This document shows, one piece after another, positions 63,694-64,000 of a DNA stretch of 64,000 nt. The stretch is taken from contig NW_024704743.1 of the NCBI RefSeq assembly GCF_018977255.1, forward strand, positions 107,510,001-107,574,000. Direction: 5' to 3'. Position numbers and translations under genes: made by a program. Each line of letters starts with the position of its first letter. Position 1 is the stretch's first letter. This DNA comes from Callorhinchus milii. Lineage: Eukaryota. The notes under the pieces were generated by a model that was not told the DNA's origin, did not search any database, and was given only the letters and a program-made list of their open reading frames with translations.

Positions 63694-64000
63694 TAATAAT
63701 AATCCTTGCCTTTGATATAGCGCCTTATCAAGTTTTCTAGACATCTCAAAACGCTTCATAGAATATGCTGTAAAAAGTGAATTGACTATATTTCGTGGGC
63801 GAAACGCCGCAGCCAATTTCACACAGCAGTGTCCCACAAACAGTGTGGATTGAGTGACCACATTGTTTTTTAAGGGTTTATTGTCCCCGGAAAAGTGATC
63901 CGCCAATCGATTAACAACCAGGTTCACATTTGCTGCTAGGTAAACAGAGGCATGTGGGTAAGGAAACTTGCCCAATGTTTCGCCCTGCCGGGAATCAAAT
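63694..64000 (-). mobile_element. tRNA-derived SINE, long subtype, runs off the window end
   Basis: Tail, Deu-like segment and long central segment present. Confidence 0.87.

Noticed and set aside
44700..64000. RAB2A, the upstream neighbour expected from mammalian synteny
   Set aside because: I found no Rab-like exon (e.g. MAYAYLFKYIIIGD) or second CpG island; it probably lies beyond the window.
1..64000. CRISPR arrays, operons or other prokaryotic systems
   Set aside because: The sequence is a eukaryotic intron-exon locus. The repeats are dispersed retroposons, not regularly spaced repeat-spacer arrays.

Overview
Vertebrate genomic DNA, most likely from a cartilaginous fish (inferred from the L2/CR1/Deu-type SINE landscape and the protein divergence; a holocephalan such as Callorhinchus is plausible but unproven). 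The only protein-coding gene I can support is CA8 (carbonic anhydrase-related protein VIII) on the minus strand. It has eight coding exons (76, 192, 125, 96, 63, 49, 113 and 135 nt; 849 nt, 282 aa) from 43974 down to 22553, all with GT-AG junctions and a continuous frame. A probable non-coding ninth exon starts at 16397. The protein has Arg at the first zinc-ligand position (EVRFHW), the known acatalytic CA8 signature. Most of the remaining recognisable sequence is retroposon-derived: a young tRNA-Ala-like SINE (short and long subtypes), older Deu-domain SINEs, and L2 and CR1 LINE fragments, many of them nested. There is also a ~540 bp simple repeat in intron 1 and an unclassified ~380 bp repeat present twice. 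Nearly all ORFs in the supplied track are repeat-derived or spurious. I found no convincing wholly new biological system. The best leads are a covarying 3' stem-loop shared by the SINE and L2, the modular history of the SINE, inverted SINE pairs around CA8 exons, the unclassified hairpin-bearing repeat, and the (UUUUGCUC)n tract behind exon 1. Repeat boundaries are approximate, and comparisons with human CA8 are from memory.
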